Assembly: GCA_029262235.1 (NCBI GenBank) | Contig: JAJCZU010000008.1 | Location: forward strand, 266,381 to 330,380 | From: Candidatus Eiseniibacteriota bacterium | GTDB taxonomy: Bacteria > Orphanbacterota > Orphanbacteria > Orphanbacterales > Orphanbacteraceae | Direction: 5' to 3' | Length of the DNA: 64,000 bases | Shown here: piece by piece, positions 48,249 through 57,637 of the stretch | Layout of the letters: every line of letters begins with the position of its first letter | How positions within the stretch are numbered: the first letter of the stretch is position 1 | Made by a program: the position numbers and the translations under genes | Notes under the pieces: model-generated | Database searches by the model: none | What the model was told of the DNA's origin: nothing | The model's input: only the letters and a program-made list of their open reading frames with translations

Positions 48249-49043
48249 GTGAAGCCAGCAGCGGCAGACAAACTGACATTCGCGTTTCACCGCCTGCAGG
48301 AACGGCTGAGCGCGGACGGCCGCTTCGTTCCGATCGAGGACCTGATCGGCATCAGCGGCGCGCTCTTTCGCATGAACTGGAAAGCGTGGGACGCACACTC
48401 TGCCGCCGTCTGCAGCGGCGACCCGCTCCGGAGGGCCGCGCACGCCTACGGGTTCGACCTCGCGCCCGACGACCCGTACGCGGAGCGCGAGGGATTTCGG
48501 CCGGTCGAAGACCAGGGACCGATGACGCTCCGCGACCGCATTACACTCTTCAAGCAATCGATCGAAGAAGGGCAGCGGCTCGCGCACGAAGAAGAGTTGG
48601 ATGACGCGGACGGGGGCGAGGGCACGGACGCGAATGGGGGCGAGGGCGTGAATGGGGCCGACGGCGAGAACGGGTCCCCCCGGGTTTACGCGTCGGGGTT
48701 CGCGGCCTACCGCGCGCTCGCCGGTGACATTGCCCCCGTGCGACGGACTTCCGCGACCGAAGACGTGTGGCTTTCCTTGCGCGCCGTGTTCGAATCGATC
48801 AGTATCAGCCGCAGAATGTGCGCGCTCTACCTGAACCATCTCGCGAACTTCATCGGCGTCGCTCCCGCCATCGCACCGTTTCGCCGTGAATCGCAGGCGC
48901 TCGGGGATGCATCGCGCATCGTCACTTCGATCCTGTCCGGCCGTGACGAAGACGAACGCTCGCTCGTCATTCCCGTGCTCGAAGCCGAAGTCGCCTATCG
49001 CGAAGCGATCGAGGCGCTCGCAAACGCCAGGGAGCCCGCATGA
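48249..49043 (+). CDS. hypothetical protein with acidic Gly-rich internal repeat
   Basis: GAGGG SD; GC-typical coding; ATGA-coupled to the downstream GT. Confidence 0.7.
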   Translation: MKPAAADKLTFAFHRLQERLSADGRFVPIEDLIGISGALFRMNWKAWDAHSAAVCSGDPLRRAAHAYGFDLAPDDPYAEREGFRPVEDQGPMTLRDRITLFKQSIEEGQRLAHEEELDDADGGEGTDANGGEGVNGADGENGSPRVYASGFAAYRALAGDIAPVRRTSATEDVWLSLRAVFESISISRRMCALYLNHLANFIGVAPAIAPFRRESQALGDASRIVTSILSGRDEDERSLVIPVLEAEVAYREAIEALANAREPA

Positions 49044-50173
49044 AAGTAGCGATCACGGGCATTTATCCCGAGAGCGAAGACCGTATACGCGGCGGCGTCG
49101 AAGCCGCCACGCTCCGCCTCAGCCAGGGACTCGCGCGCCGCGGCGACATCGACGTGCATGTCGTGATCTGCAACTCGGGCCGCGCGCCCGGCATCACGAA
49201 CCCCGAGCCCAATCTCACACTGCATTCGATCGGCGGCTCGAAACGCTTCGGCAATGTGCTGTTCTCGATTCCCGACCGCCGCCGGATCTCGTCGTATCTC
49301 CGCAAGCTGAAACCCGACGTCGTGCACGCGCACAGCCTCGACCGCTTCGCGCTCGGTGCGATCGCGAGCCGCCTTCCCACCGTTGTTACGATTCACGGCA
49401 TCATCGAAATGGAGTCCGCGCTCGAAACCGAGTTCGCGCACAAACTGCGCGGATCGATGCGGAACCGCCTCGTGCACGCCGCGCTTCGCAAAGCGAGAAA
49501 CGTGATTCTGCTGAGTCCCTACGTCGCCGAACACTACGCCGGCGACCTCCGGCGCGCCAACACCTGGACCATCGAAAATCCCGTAGCCGACTCGTTCTTT
49601 GCGATCGACGAACCAGAAGAACGCAACACTGTTCTGCATGCCGGGCTGCTCATCCCGCGCAAGGGCATCGACAACCTGCTGCAGGCTGCGCGCATCGCCC
49701 GCGCCGAAATTTCGGACATCAAGATTCGCTTCGCCGGCGGCGCCACGATCCCCGACTATAAAGAGGAGATCGATCGTACCGTCAGCGAACTCGGCCTCGA
49801 AGAGAATGTAGTGTTCCTGGGCAACCTTTCGCCCGACGCGCTCGCGCTCGAGTACGGACGGTGCGAGCTGATGGTCATGGTATCGAAGCAGGAAACCCTT
49901 CCCGTTGCGATCGCCGAATGCATGGCCGCGGGGAAGCCCGTCATCGCCTCGCCCGTCGGCGGCATTCCGTACATCGTGCGCGAAAACGAAACCGGCTACC
50001 TCGTTCCCTACGGCGAGCCCGAACATCTCGCCGAGAAACTCGTTTCGCTGCTAAGCAATCGCAGAATGCGCGAGAAGATGGGCGCCGCGGCCAAAGCATA
50101 CGCGCGCGAGAGATTTACGATGGAGAGCGTCTGCGACCGGACGGTGGCGGTGTATCGGGAGATCGCGAAGTGA
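49040..50173 (+). CDS. glycosyltransferase family 4
   Basis: GGVE, PDVVHAH, TIHG, RKGID.L, QETLP.AIAE.MA.GKPV..S.VGGIP. Confidence 0.92.
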   Translation: MKVAITGIYPESEDRIRGGVEAATLRLSQGLARRGDIDVHVVICNSGRAPGITNPEPNLTLHSIGGSKRFGNVLFSIPDRRRISSYLRKLKPDVVHAHSLDRFALGAIASRLPTVVTIHGIIEMESALETEFAHKLRGSMRNRLVHAALRKARNVILLSPYVAEHYAGDLRRANTWTIENPVADSFFAIDEPEERNTVLHAGLLIPRKGIDNLLQAARIARAEISDIKIRFAGGATIPDYKEEIDRTVSELGLEENVVFLGNLSPDALALEYGRCELMVMVSKQETLPVAIAECMAAGKPVIASPVGGIPYIVRENETGYLVPYGEPEHLAEKLVSLLSNRRMREKMGAAAKAYARERFTMESVCDRTVAVYREIAK

Positions 50174-50226
50174 GCGAGCGACGGGCGAGCGCCAAGGCAC
50201 GCGCCGGCTCCGTGCGAAACGAACCG

Positions 50227-50688
50227 CTACGCATTCAGCCGCCACAGCTGATAATTGAGCGCCGCCGCGAATCCCACCCAGCAGAGATACGGAACGAGCA
50301 GCGCGCCCGCGATCGGGCGCACTTTCCAGAAACTTACGAGCGTCAACAGAATCACGACCCAGAGGACTACGATTTCCACGAAGGCCACCATCGGGAGATG
50401 AGCGCCGAAGAATAGATACGACCAGGCACCGTTCAAAACGAGCTGGATGAAGAAAAGCGAAAGCGCACCCCGCGCGCCGCTGAATCCGGCTTGGCGCCAG
50501 ACGAACCATGCCGCGACGCCCATCATCACGTAGAGCGTGGTCCAGACAGGGGCGAAGACGGTGCCGGGCGGATTCCAGGACGGCTTCGCGAGAGCCGCGT
50601 ACCATTCACCCGGCATGAACTGCGATCCGACCAGGCCGGCCCCGAGCGATACAAGCACCCAGAGCGCAAGCCCCGCGACATTCTTCAT
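50227..50688 (-). CDS. tspO: TspO/MBR tryptophan-rich sensory protein
   Basis: WY..L.KPSW.PP..VF.PVW..LY..MG.AA; PY..WV.FA..LN. Confidence 0.95.
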   Translation of the reverse strand: MKNVAGLALWVLVSLGAGLVGSQFMPGEWYAALAKPSWNPPGTVFAPVWTTLYVMMGVAAWFVWRQAGFSGARGALSLFFIQLVLNGAWSYLFFGAHLPMVAFVEIVVLWVVILLTLVSFWKVRPIAGALLVPYLCWVGFAAALNYQLWRLNA

Positions 50689-50754
50689 GACGTCCCCTTC
50701 ACTGTCATCACGGCGCTTCCGGCAGCGGCAATCCCTGGAGCCGCAGGAACCTTC

Positions 50755-51093
50755 TCAAACATCCGGGCGCCCCCGCGTCTTCTTCTTCTCGCTCGTCTTG
50801 CGCTTCGCGTCGAGCCTGCGTTCTTTCGACGCGCGGGTCGGCTTCGTCTTGCGGCGACGTTTCGGCTTCTTGAGGCGCGCTTTCAGCTTCGCAATCAGAC
50901 GCTCCCACGCCATCACGCGATTGCGAACCTGCGAACGGCTTTCGGTCGCCGTCACGACAATGCCCGTCGGAATGTGCCGCAGGCGAACACCCGTCTCGTT
51001 CTTGTTCTTGTGCTGTCCGCCCGGACCGCCGACGCGTATGAAGTCTTCCAGCGTCTCTTTGCGTATCTGGTCTTCGTCGAGGTGAATCGTCAT
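50755..51093 (-). CDS. arfB: ArfB-like ribosome rescue peptidyl-tRNA hydrolase
   Basis: GPGGQH.NK, H.PTG, RSQ..NR; basic tail KPT.ASK.RRL..K...S.KK..R. Confidence 0.85.
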   Translation of the reverse strand: MTIHLDEDQIRKETLEDFIRVGGPGGQHKNKNETGVRLRHIPTGIVVTATESRSQVRNRVMAWERLIAKLKARLKKPKRRRKTKPTRASKERRLDAKRKTSEKKKTRGRPDV

Positions 51094-51204
51094 CGCTGCA
51101 TTTCTCGTTCCTGATTTTGTTCCGGGTCTCCTTCGCGATCTCGTTCGCGATCCTCTTCCATCTATCGGCCGTGCCGTCAACGGTGCCGCTAACCGTGCCG
51201 TCTG

Positions 51205-52695
51205 CTAACCGTGTTGCAGATTCGCGAGACCGATCGCGTGCATGCTCTCGAAAACGCGATCGATATCCGCCGGCGTCGTCCGATGCGAGCAGACGGAAAT
51301 GCGTATCACCACGCGGCCGTTCAGCTGCGTTGTCATGACAAATGCTTCGCCCGAGAGCTGCAGCTCATCGCAGATCGTCTGGTTCAACCTGTCGATCTCG
51401 GCTTCGGTCGCCTCGTCGCGCCGTCCCCCCTGCATGCTCGCGGGCACGAACCGGAACGAGTAGATGTAGAGGTTCGGCTCATGCAGCACCTCGAAGTCAG
51501 GCGACCGCTTCACGAGCTCGTGCATATGCTGCGCGCACTCGTTGTTCTGCCTGAGCAGCTTGCGATACCCGGCTAGCCCGTACTGCTTGATCATCATCCA
51601 CACTTTGAGCGCGCGAAAGCCGCGCGACATCTGCGGCCCGAAGTCGTAATAGTTGAGCCCGTCATACTCCGTGGGGATCGTGCCGCGCAGATAAGGCGCC
51701 GACATGGAAAACGACCGTCGCAGGCGCTCGGCATCACGCACGAGTACCGCCCCGCATTCGTACGGCACGTAGAGCCATTTGTGCGGGTCGAGAGTGAGCG
51801 AGTCCGCGCGCTCCATGCCCCGATACTGGTCGCGTTTTTCGGGAAGCATCGCGCCGAACGCGCCGCATGCGCCATCCGCATGAAACCAGAGGCCGTATTC
51901 CTCACAGACATCCGCGATCTGCTCGATCGGATCGACCACGCCCACGTTGATCGAACCGACCTGCGCGACCACGCAGAACGGAATCTCTCCCGCCGCAAGG
52001 TCCCCCTCAATCGCCCGACGGAGCTCGCCGACGTCCATCGACAGATCATCCCGCGACGGCACCGGCACGACCGCGCTCCGTCCGATGCCGGTCATGTCGG
52101 CCGCCGCCTTGATCGAAACGTGGCCTTCGTGATCGGACATATAGAGCCGGAAACGGCCGGTTCGCTCCGGCGACTGCAGCCCCGACTCCGCCATGTCGTA
52201 CTGCGCCGTGTTCCGGAGCGCGGCCGTGAGCGCCGTGAAGTTCGCCATCATGCCGCCCGACGTAAAGAGCCCGCCGCAATCGACCGGGTAGCCGATCGCT
52301 TCCGCGATCCATCGAATCGTGCGCCGCTCGATCTCCGTCGCCGCCGGCGCCGGCTTCCAGCCCCCGGCGTTCATGTTCACGGCCGCCGCCAGCGCCTCCG
52401 CCAGCGTCGCGATCATCGCGCCCGAGCCGTTCACGTATCCGAAGTAGCGCGGGGAGCCGAGATGCGTTGCGTTCGGCAGGATCTTCTCATCCCAGGCGTC
52501 CAGAATCGAGTCCGGGGACTGCCCTTGCTCCGGCAGCTCCTCCTCGAACGCGCCCGCGACTTCATCCGCCGTCTTTCTCGGATAGACGGGGAGATCGCGA
52601 ATCGACTCGTAATATTCCGCGATCATGTCGATCGTTCGATACCCGAGCCTGCGGAATTCCTCGGAACTCATGTCAGGGTCGTACCAGTCCGACAC
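51205..52695 (-). CDS. group II PLP-dependent amino-acid decarboxylase (aromatic-L-amino-acid decarboxylase-like)
   Basis: HLGSPRYFGY, TSGG..AN, H.S..., W.H.DGA.G, DPHKWL, SR.FRALK.W; AAGGAGG SD. Confidence 0.92.
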   Translation of the reverse strand: MSDWYDPDMSSEEFRRLGYRTIDMIAEYYESIRDLPVYPRKTADEVAGAFEEELPEQGQSPDSILDAWDEKILPNATHLGSPRYFGYVNGSGAMIATLAEALAAAVNMNAGGWKPAPAATEIERRTIRWIAEAIGYPVDCGGLFTSGGMMANFTALTAALRNTAQYDMAESGLQSPERTGRFRLYMSDHEGHVSIKAAADMTGIGRSAVVPVPSRDDLSMDVGELRRAIEGDLAAGEIPFCVVAQVGSINVGVVDPIEQIADVCEEYGLWFHADGACGAFGAMLPEKRDQYRGMERADSLTLDPHKWLYVPYECGAVLVRDAERLRRSFSMSAPYLRGTIPTEYDGLNYYDFGPQMSRGFRALKVWMMIKQYGLAGYRKLLRQNNECAQHMHELVKRSPDFEVLHEPNLYIYSFRFVPASMQGGRRDEATEAEIDRLNQTICDELQLSGEAFVMTTQLNGRVVIRISVCSHRTTPADIDRVFESMHAIGLANLQHG

Positions 52696-52783
52696 GCCGG
52701 CCTCCTTGGCGATAGGGTCCCCCGGTGAGTTCGAACACTACCACATGGCTCCTTGCGCCGAGCTTTCCTGGGCGGCGGGGTGG

Positions 52784-52866
52784 CGTGGCGGGTCCTGTCG
52801 CGCCGCGACACCCCACACCTCGTCAGGCTCGGTGCGGGGTCCCCGTCCGGCGCGCCACCCGCCACG
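52784..52866 (-). repeat. structured intergenic element A, copy 2
   Basis: GGGTCCTG.CGCGCCG.GACACCCC...GGGG.CCCCGTCCGGCGCGCCACCC shared with 32116-32201. Confidence 0.75.
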
Positions 52867-52981
52867 GTCCCGCACAGGACAACCTCAACACCCCTCGCCC
52901 GCGAGGGGAAAGGGGAAAGGAGATAAGAGGGGGAAGGAGAAAGAAAGGGATCGGAGTATCCATTCCCCATCCCCTCCTATC

Positions 52982-53449
52982 CCCTCCTGTTCCTTACTTC
53001 GCGCGGAGGCGTCGGCACTGCCGCAGCATAGGACGGGGAATGAGTACTCGAATGAATGCGAAACTCCCTCCTCCCGCCCTCGTGCATCGGCCCCCGCAGG
53101 CCGAGCCCCATTGGAGGACCGCGGGCACGGTGCCCCTCGTTCCGAACCCGATGACAGACGGTCCGACAGGGCGAGGCCGAGAGGGAAACCTATCTCCTCC
53201 CACTCCCTCCTGTTCCTCACTTCGCGCGGAGGCGTCGGCACTGCCGCAGCATAGGACGGGGAATGAGTAATCGAATGAATGCGAAACTCCCTCCTCCCGC
53301 CCTCGTGCATCGGCCCCCGCAGGCCGAGCCCCATTGGAGGACCGCGGGCACGGTGCCCCTCGTTCCGAACCCGATGACAGACGGTCCGACAGGGCGAGGC
53401 CGAGGAGGCCGATACACGAGGGCGGGATCTTAGGGGATCCTCGCATTCA
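52982..53449. repeat. 200-bp near-identical direct repeat (52982-53181 and 53205-53404; period 223), element D
   Basis: Only two substitutions seen between the copies; the second copy is completed by a complementary arm at 53407-53449. Confidence 0.92.
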
Positions 53450-53471
53450 CCTCGCGCCATCACCCCAGTCC

Positions 53472-53500
53472 TTGCCTGCGCGCCTGTGCGCGCCTATAAT
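53472..53500 (+). promoter_or_regulatory. sigma70 promoter of top6BA
   Basis: TTGCCT-N17-TATAAT, then GGAGG SD. Confidence 0.7.
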
Positions 53501-53520
53501 CGCCGCGTCAGGAGGGTGAT

Positions 53521-55233
53521 ATGAAGAAGGGTCGTGCGAGTCAGAAAGGCGGCGGAACCGCGCAGGCGGAACTGTTCGGCGAAGAAACATCAAGTGAGAT
53601 GGCAGAGCAGAAAACCAGGGGCTCAAGCAAGACGTCGCAGCTCAAAGTGACGAAGAAGAACCGGACACCGAGCCCGAAAACGCCGAAGTCCAGGGGCGTA
53701 CACAAGGTCGCGAAGCAGCGCGAGATCTCGGTCAGCGAGTTTTTCGCGAAGAACCGCCACCTGCTCGGGTTCGATAATCCGTCGAAAGCGCTCCTGACGA
53801 CCGTGAAAGAGGCGGTCGACAACTCCCTGGACGCGTGCGACGAAGCGGGCATCACGCCCGAGATCCACGTCGCGATCACGCAGACACAGGACGACCGCTA
53901 TCTGGTTTCGGTGCAGGACAACGGCCCCGGGATCACGCCGAAGGAGATCCCGCGCATCTTCGGATCGCTCCTCTACGGCAGCAAATTCCATCGCCTGCGC
54001 CAGTCGCGCGGACAGCAGGGCATCGGCATCTCCGCCGCGGGCATGTACGGACAGCTCACGACGGGCAAGCCGATGACAATCGTTTCGCGCGTCAAACGGA
54101 ACAAGGCCCACCGCTTCAGCATCATGCTCGACACGAACACGAACCTGCCGGTCATCAAATCGGACGAGGAAGTCGAGTGGGAGTCGAAGCACGGCACGTG
54201 CGTCGAACTGGAGCTCGAAGCCAGCTACAAATCGGGCCGCCATTCCGTTGACGACTATCTATGGCAGATCGCGCTCGCGAACCCGCACGTCGAGATCCAC
54301 TACACGCCGCCGAAGGGCGACGCACGCACGATTGCGCGCGCCACGAAAGTGCTCCCGGCCGAAGCGAAGGAGATCAAGCCGCATCCGCGCGGGGTCGAGC
54401 TCGGCCAGCTCATGAAGATGCTGAAGGATACGCGCGCGCGCAATCTGAGCGCGTTCCTGCAGACCGAGTTCAGCAGGGTGAGCGGCAAGGTCGCGAGCGA
54501 AATTCTCGCCAAGACGAAGCTGAGTGAGAAAACGAGCCCCGCGCGCGCGCATCGCGACGCCGCGGAGTCGCTCTACAAGGCCATTCAGTCGACGAAGATC
54601 ATGAATCCGGCCACGAACTGTCTTTCGCCGATCGGCGACGACCAGTTGATCGCGTCGCTCATGGAGCGGCACGACGCGGACTTCTGCGCCGCGATCACGC
54701 GTCCGACGGCCGTGTATCGCGGCAACCCGTTTCTGATCGAAGCGGCCATCGCGTACGGCGGCAAGTCGTTCAGCGCCGACGAGCCGATCAAGCTCTACCG
54801 TCTCGCGAACCGCGTGCCGCTCATGTATCAGAAGATGGCATGCGCGATTTCGAAGAGCGTGATCGATGTTGCCTGGCGCAACTACCTCGTGCAGCAGAGC
54901 CGCGGCGCGATGCCGGTGGCGCCGATGGCGGTGCTCGTTCACATCGCGTCGGTCTGGGTGCCATTCACGTCGGAATCGAAAGAGGCGATTGCTTCGTACC
55001 CCGAGATCACGAAGGAAGTGAAGCTCGCGGTACAGGAGAGCGGGCGCAAGGTCGCGACGCACATTCGCCGCGGACGCCGGCTTGCGGACCAGGAAAAGAA
55101 GAAGAGCTACATCGAAAAGTATATTCCGCATATCGGCATCGCACTGCAGGAGATTCTCGGCCTGACCGACGCGAAGCGGACGACGACCGAAAACAACCTG
55201 AAGGACATTCTCGAGAAAAGCCGGAAGCTCTAG
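53521..55233 (+). CDS. top6B: DNA topoisomerase VI subunit B
   Basis: EISVSEFF.KN, KEAVDNSLDA, DNGPG, QSRGQQGIGIS (GHKL), KPHP.GV, R.ANRVPL, VPFTSESKEAI. Confidence 0.96.
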   Translation: MKKGRASQKGGGTAQAELFGEETSSEMAEQKTRGSSKTSQLKVTKKNRTPSPKTPKSRGVHKVAKQREISVSEFFAKNRHLLGFDNPSKALLTTVKEAVDNSLDACDEAGITPEIHVAITQTQDDRYLVSVQDNGPGITPKEIPRIFGSLLYGSKFHRLRQSRGQQGIGISAAGMYGQLTTGKPMTIVSRVKRNKAHRFSIMLDTNTNLPVIKSDEEVEWESKHGTCVELELEASYKSGRHSVDDYLWQIALANPHVEIHYTPPKGDARTIARATKVLPAEAKEIKPHPRGVELGQLMKMLKDTRARNLSAFLQTEFSRVSGKVASEILAKTKLSEKTSPARAHRDAAESLYKAIQSTKIMNPATNCLSPIGDDQLIASLMERHDADFCAAITRPTAVYRGNPFLIEAAIAYGGKSFSADEPIKLYRLANRVPLMYQKMACAISKSVIDVAWRNYLVQQSRGAMPVAPMAVLVHIASVWVPFTSESKEAIASYPEITKEVKLAVQESGRKVATHIRRGRRLADQEKKKSYIEKYIPHIGIALQEILGLTDAKRTTTENNLKDILEKSRKL

Positions 55234-55306
55234 CGCCCTCGCGAAAGACCGCGCATCGCGCCGGTCGCTTTGACGCGGGGGCCAGGCCAGACAACGAGGG
55301 TAAGAC

Positions 55307-56410
55307 GTGGCAACGAAAAAGAAAAACGGCAACAGCATCGTCGATCAGATTCGCGACGAAGCTTCGAGCGTCGAGACGAAAGTAAACCGCGGCGCGAAGC
55401 CGGCCATGAAGTTCCCGATCCGCTCGCTTCAGAACGTCAAGTACGACCCGAAAAAGGGCTTCTTCGAAATGCGCGGGCGGAAGAAAGAGCGCACGCTCAC
55501 GGTCAACACCGTGAAGACGTTCGCGCAGACGCTGCGCATGATGTCGCTCTCGAAGGAACTGGTCGAAACGGACGATATCGCCACGAAGCGAGAAGCGTAC
55601 TACGTTTCGAAGAACTGGGAAGAGGCGCGGTTCAAGGAGCAGCCCGAGTCGGACACGGTGATGGACGACGTCGAGGCGCTGTTCGGCGTGAACCGCGAGC
55701 AGCTCGGCTTCATCCCGGAAGAGAAAGGCGGCGACGTGGCCGGGCAGCTGGTCGTGATCGACAACGACCCCAGCACGGGACAACCGCTCCGTATCGACTG
55801 CACGAAGTTCGGCTCCGGCGCGTACTCGATTCCGATTTCCGTGGAACAGCTCAAGTTCGAAACGAAGGCGAAGTTCATTCTCGTCATCGAAACGGCGGGG
55901 ATGTTTCAACGTCTCGTGAAGCACAGCTACTGGAAAAGCGCGAACTGCATTCTGATTTCGATGGGGGGCGTTCCGACGCGCGCGTGCCGGCGCTTCATCC
56001 GGCGGCTTTCAGACGACAAGCGCATTCCCGTATACGTTTTCGTCGACGGCGACCCGTACGGCATTTCGAATATCTACCGCACGCTCAAAGTGGGCTCGGG
56101 AAGCGCGGCGCATCTGAACGAATTCTTCTGCGTGCCGAAAGCGCGTTTTCTGGGCATCACGCCGCAGGACATCATCGACTACGAGCTTCCCACGCATCCG
56201 ATGAAGGAAGTCGACATCAAGCGGGCGAAGGACGCGCTCAAGAACGATCCCTTCTTCCTGCATCATAAAGCGTGGCAGACCGCCGTGCGGCAGCTTCTCA
56301 AAATGGGCGTGCGCGCAGAACAGCAGGCGCTTGCAAAGCACGGCCTGAACTACGTGATCGAAGAGTACCTTCCGAACAAGCTCGCGAACACTAAAGCGTT
56401 CCTGCCATAG
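55307..56410 (+). CDS. top6A: DNA topoisomerase VI subunit A (Spo11-like)
   Basis: TKREAYY (catalytic Tyr), F.EQ.ESD, VIET..MF.RL, GVP.RA.R, D.DPYG (TOPRIM), AEQQAL. Confidence 0.96.
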   Translation: MATKKKNGNSIVDQIRDEASSVETKVNRGAKPAMKFPIRSLQNVKYDPKKGFFEMRGRKKERTLTVNTVKTFAQTLRMMSLSKELVETDDIATKREAYYVSKNWEEARFKEQPESDTVMDDVEALFGVNREQLGFIPEEKGGDVAGQLVVIDNDPSTGQPLRIDCTKFGSGAYSIPISVEQLKFETKAKFILVIETAGMFQRLVKHSYWKSANCILISMGGVPTRACRRFIRRLSDDKRIPVYVFVDGDPYGISNIYRTLKVGSGSAAHLNEFFCVPKARFLGITPQDIIDYELPTHPMKEVDIKRAKDALKNDPFFLHHKAWQTAVRQLLKMGVRAEQQALAKHGLNYVIEEYLPNKLANTKAFLP

Positions 56411-56412
56411 CC

Positions 56413-57624
56413 TTGCGCTCCCTCGCGGACATACGCAGCGACTTTCCGATTCTCGCGCGCGAAATCGCGGGGCGTCCGCTCGTCTATCTCGACAACGCCT
56501 CCACGACGCAGAAGCCGGCATGCGTGATCGACGCCGTTGCCGATTACTATCGCGGGCATTGCGGGAACGTGCACCGGGGCGTGCACACTCTTTCGATCGA
56601 GTCGACGGACATGCTGGAGTCGGCGCGCGCCCGCATCGCGCGGTTCATCGGCGCGCGCGACGCTTCCGAGATCATCTTCACACGAAACACCACCGAATCC
56701 ATTCATCTCGCCATGCACTCGTGGGCACGCGCGCATCTACGCCCGGGTGATTCGGTTGTCGTCTCTGAGATGGAACACCATTCGAATCTGCTTCCGTGGC
56801 AGACGCTCGCGCGCGAACGCAACGTTACGCTTCGCTTTTTACCAATCGGGGCGCGCGAACGTCTTGACCCGCGCGACCTCGATCGCGTCATGGACGACAC
56901 GACAAAACTCGTCACGTTTACGCATGCCTCGAACTCGCTCGGCATTCTGAACCCGGCGGCGGAACTCATTCGCGCGGCGCACGACCGGGGCGCTCTCGTT
57001 CTGCTCGACGCGGCGCAGACGATCGGGCATATGCCGTTCGACGCGCAGGAACTGGACGCCGACTTCGTGGCATTCTCGGCGCACAAGATGCACGGCCCGG
57101 CCGGCGCGGGCGCGCTCTACGGAAAGCGCGCCGTGCTCGACACGATGGAACCGTTCATCGCGGGCGGCGGCACGATCGCGAACATCGACCGCACGGGCGC
57201 TTCGTTTCTCTCCGTGCCGCACAAGTTCGAGGCGGGAACGCCCGACACGGCGGGATTCGCAGGCTGGGCACGGGCGGTGGACTACGTCGACGAGATCGGA
57301 ACGGCCCGCATTCACGAACACGCGCATGCGCTTGCCGCGCGCCTGCTGCGCGGACTTGAGTCGCGCGAGGGCGTCACGGTATACGGCCCGGGCGCGGACG
57401 AAGAACGCACGGGCGTCGTTTCGTTCAACGTGGCGAATCGATCATCGGAGGATGTGGGACGGGCGCTCGACGCGCGGGGAATCGCCGTACGCGCGGGCGA
57501 CCACTGCACGGCGCTGCTGCTGCGCGCGCTCGGCCTCGGCGCGACGGTCCGCGCTTCGTTCGCGATCTATAATACGGAAGAGGAAGTCGATGCTCTGCTG
57601 GAAGGCGTGAACGCGCTGCTTTGA
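56413..57624 (+). CDS. sufS: SufS-type cysteine desulfurase
   Basis: YLDNASTTQKP, NVHRG, EHHSN, DAAQ, SAHKM, FEAGTP, RAG.HC, RASF.IYNT. Confidence 0.92.
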   Translation: MRSLADIRSDFPILAREIAGRPLVYLDNASTTQKPACVIDAVADYYRGHCGNVHRGVHTLSIESTDMLESARARIARFIGARDASEIIFTRNTTESIHLAMHSWARAHLRPGDSVVVSEMEHHSNLLPWQTLARERNVTLRFLPIGARERLDPRDLDRVMDDTTKLVTFTHASNSLGILNPAAELIRAAHDRGALVLLDAAQTIGHMPFDAQELDADFVAFSAHKMHGPAGAGALYGKRAVLDTMEPFIAGGGTIANIDRTGASFLSVPHKFEAGTPDTAGFAGWARAVDYVDEIGTARIHEHAHALAARLLRGLESREGVTVYGPGADEERTGVVSFNVANRSSEDVGRALDARGIAVRAGDHCTALLLRALGLGATVRASFAIYNTEEEVDALLEGVNALL

Positions 57625-57637
57625 CGAAACGCGCTCG

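Noticed and set aside
52819-53160. CTGACGA / CCGATGA with GAAA as hammerhead cores; GAACCCGAT as TPP riboswitch; ACCGCG as T-box; TTCCGAAC as 5S rRNA
   Set aside because: The required partner motifs and helices could not be assembled in any case.
53521-57624. top6BA-sufS as a Dnd/Ssp phosphorothioation or Wadjet-type defence system
   Set aside because: No PAPS-reductase, SMC-like ATPase or other accessory genes; the subunits look like canonical topo VI.
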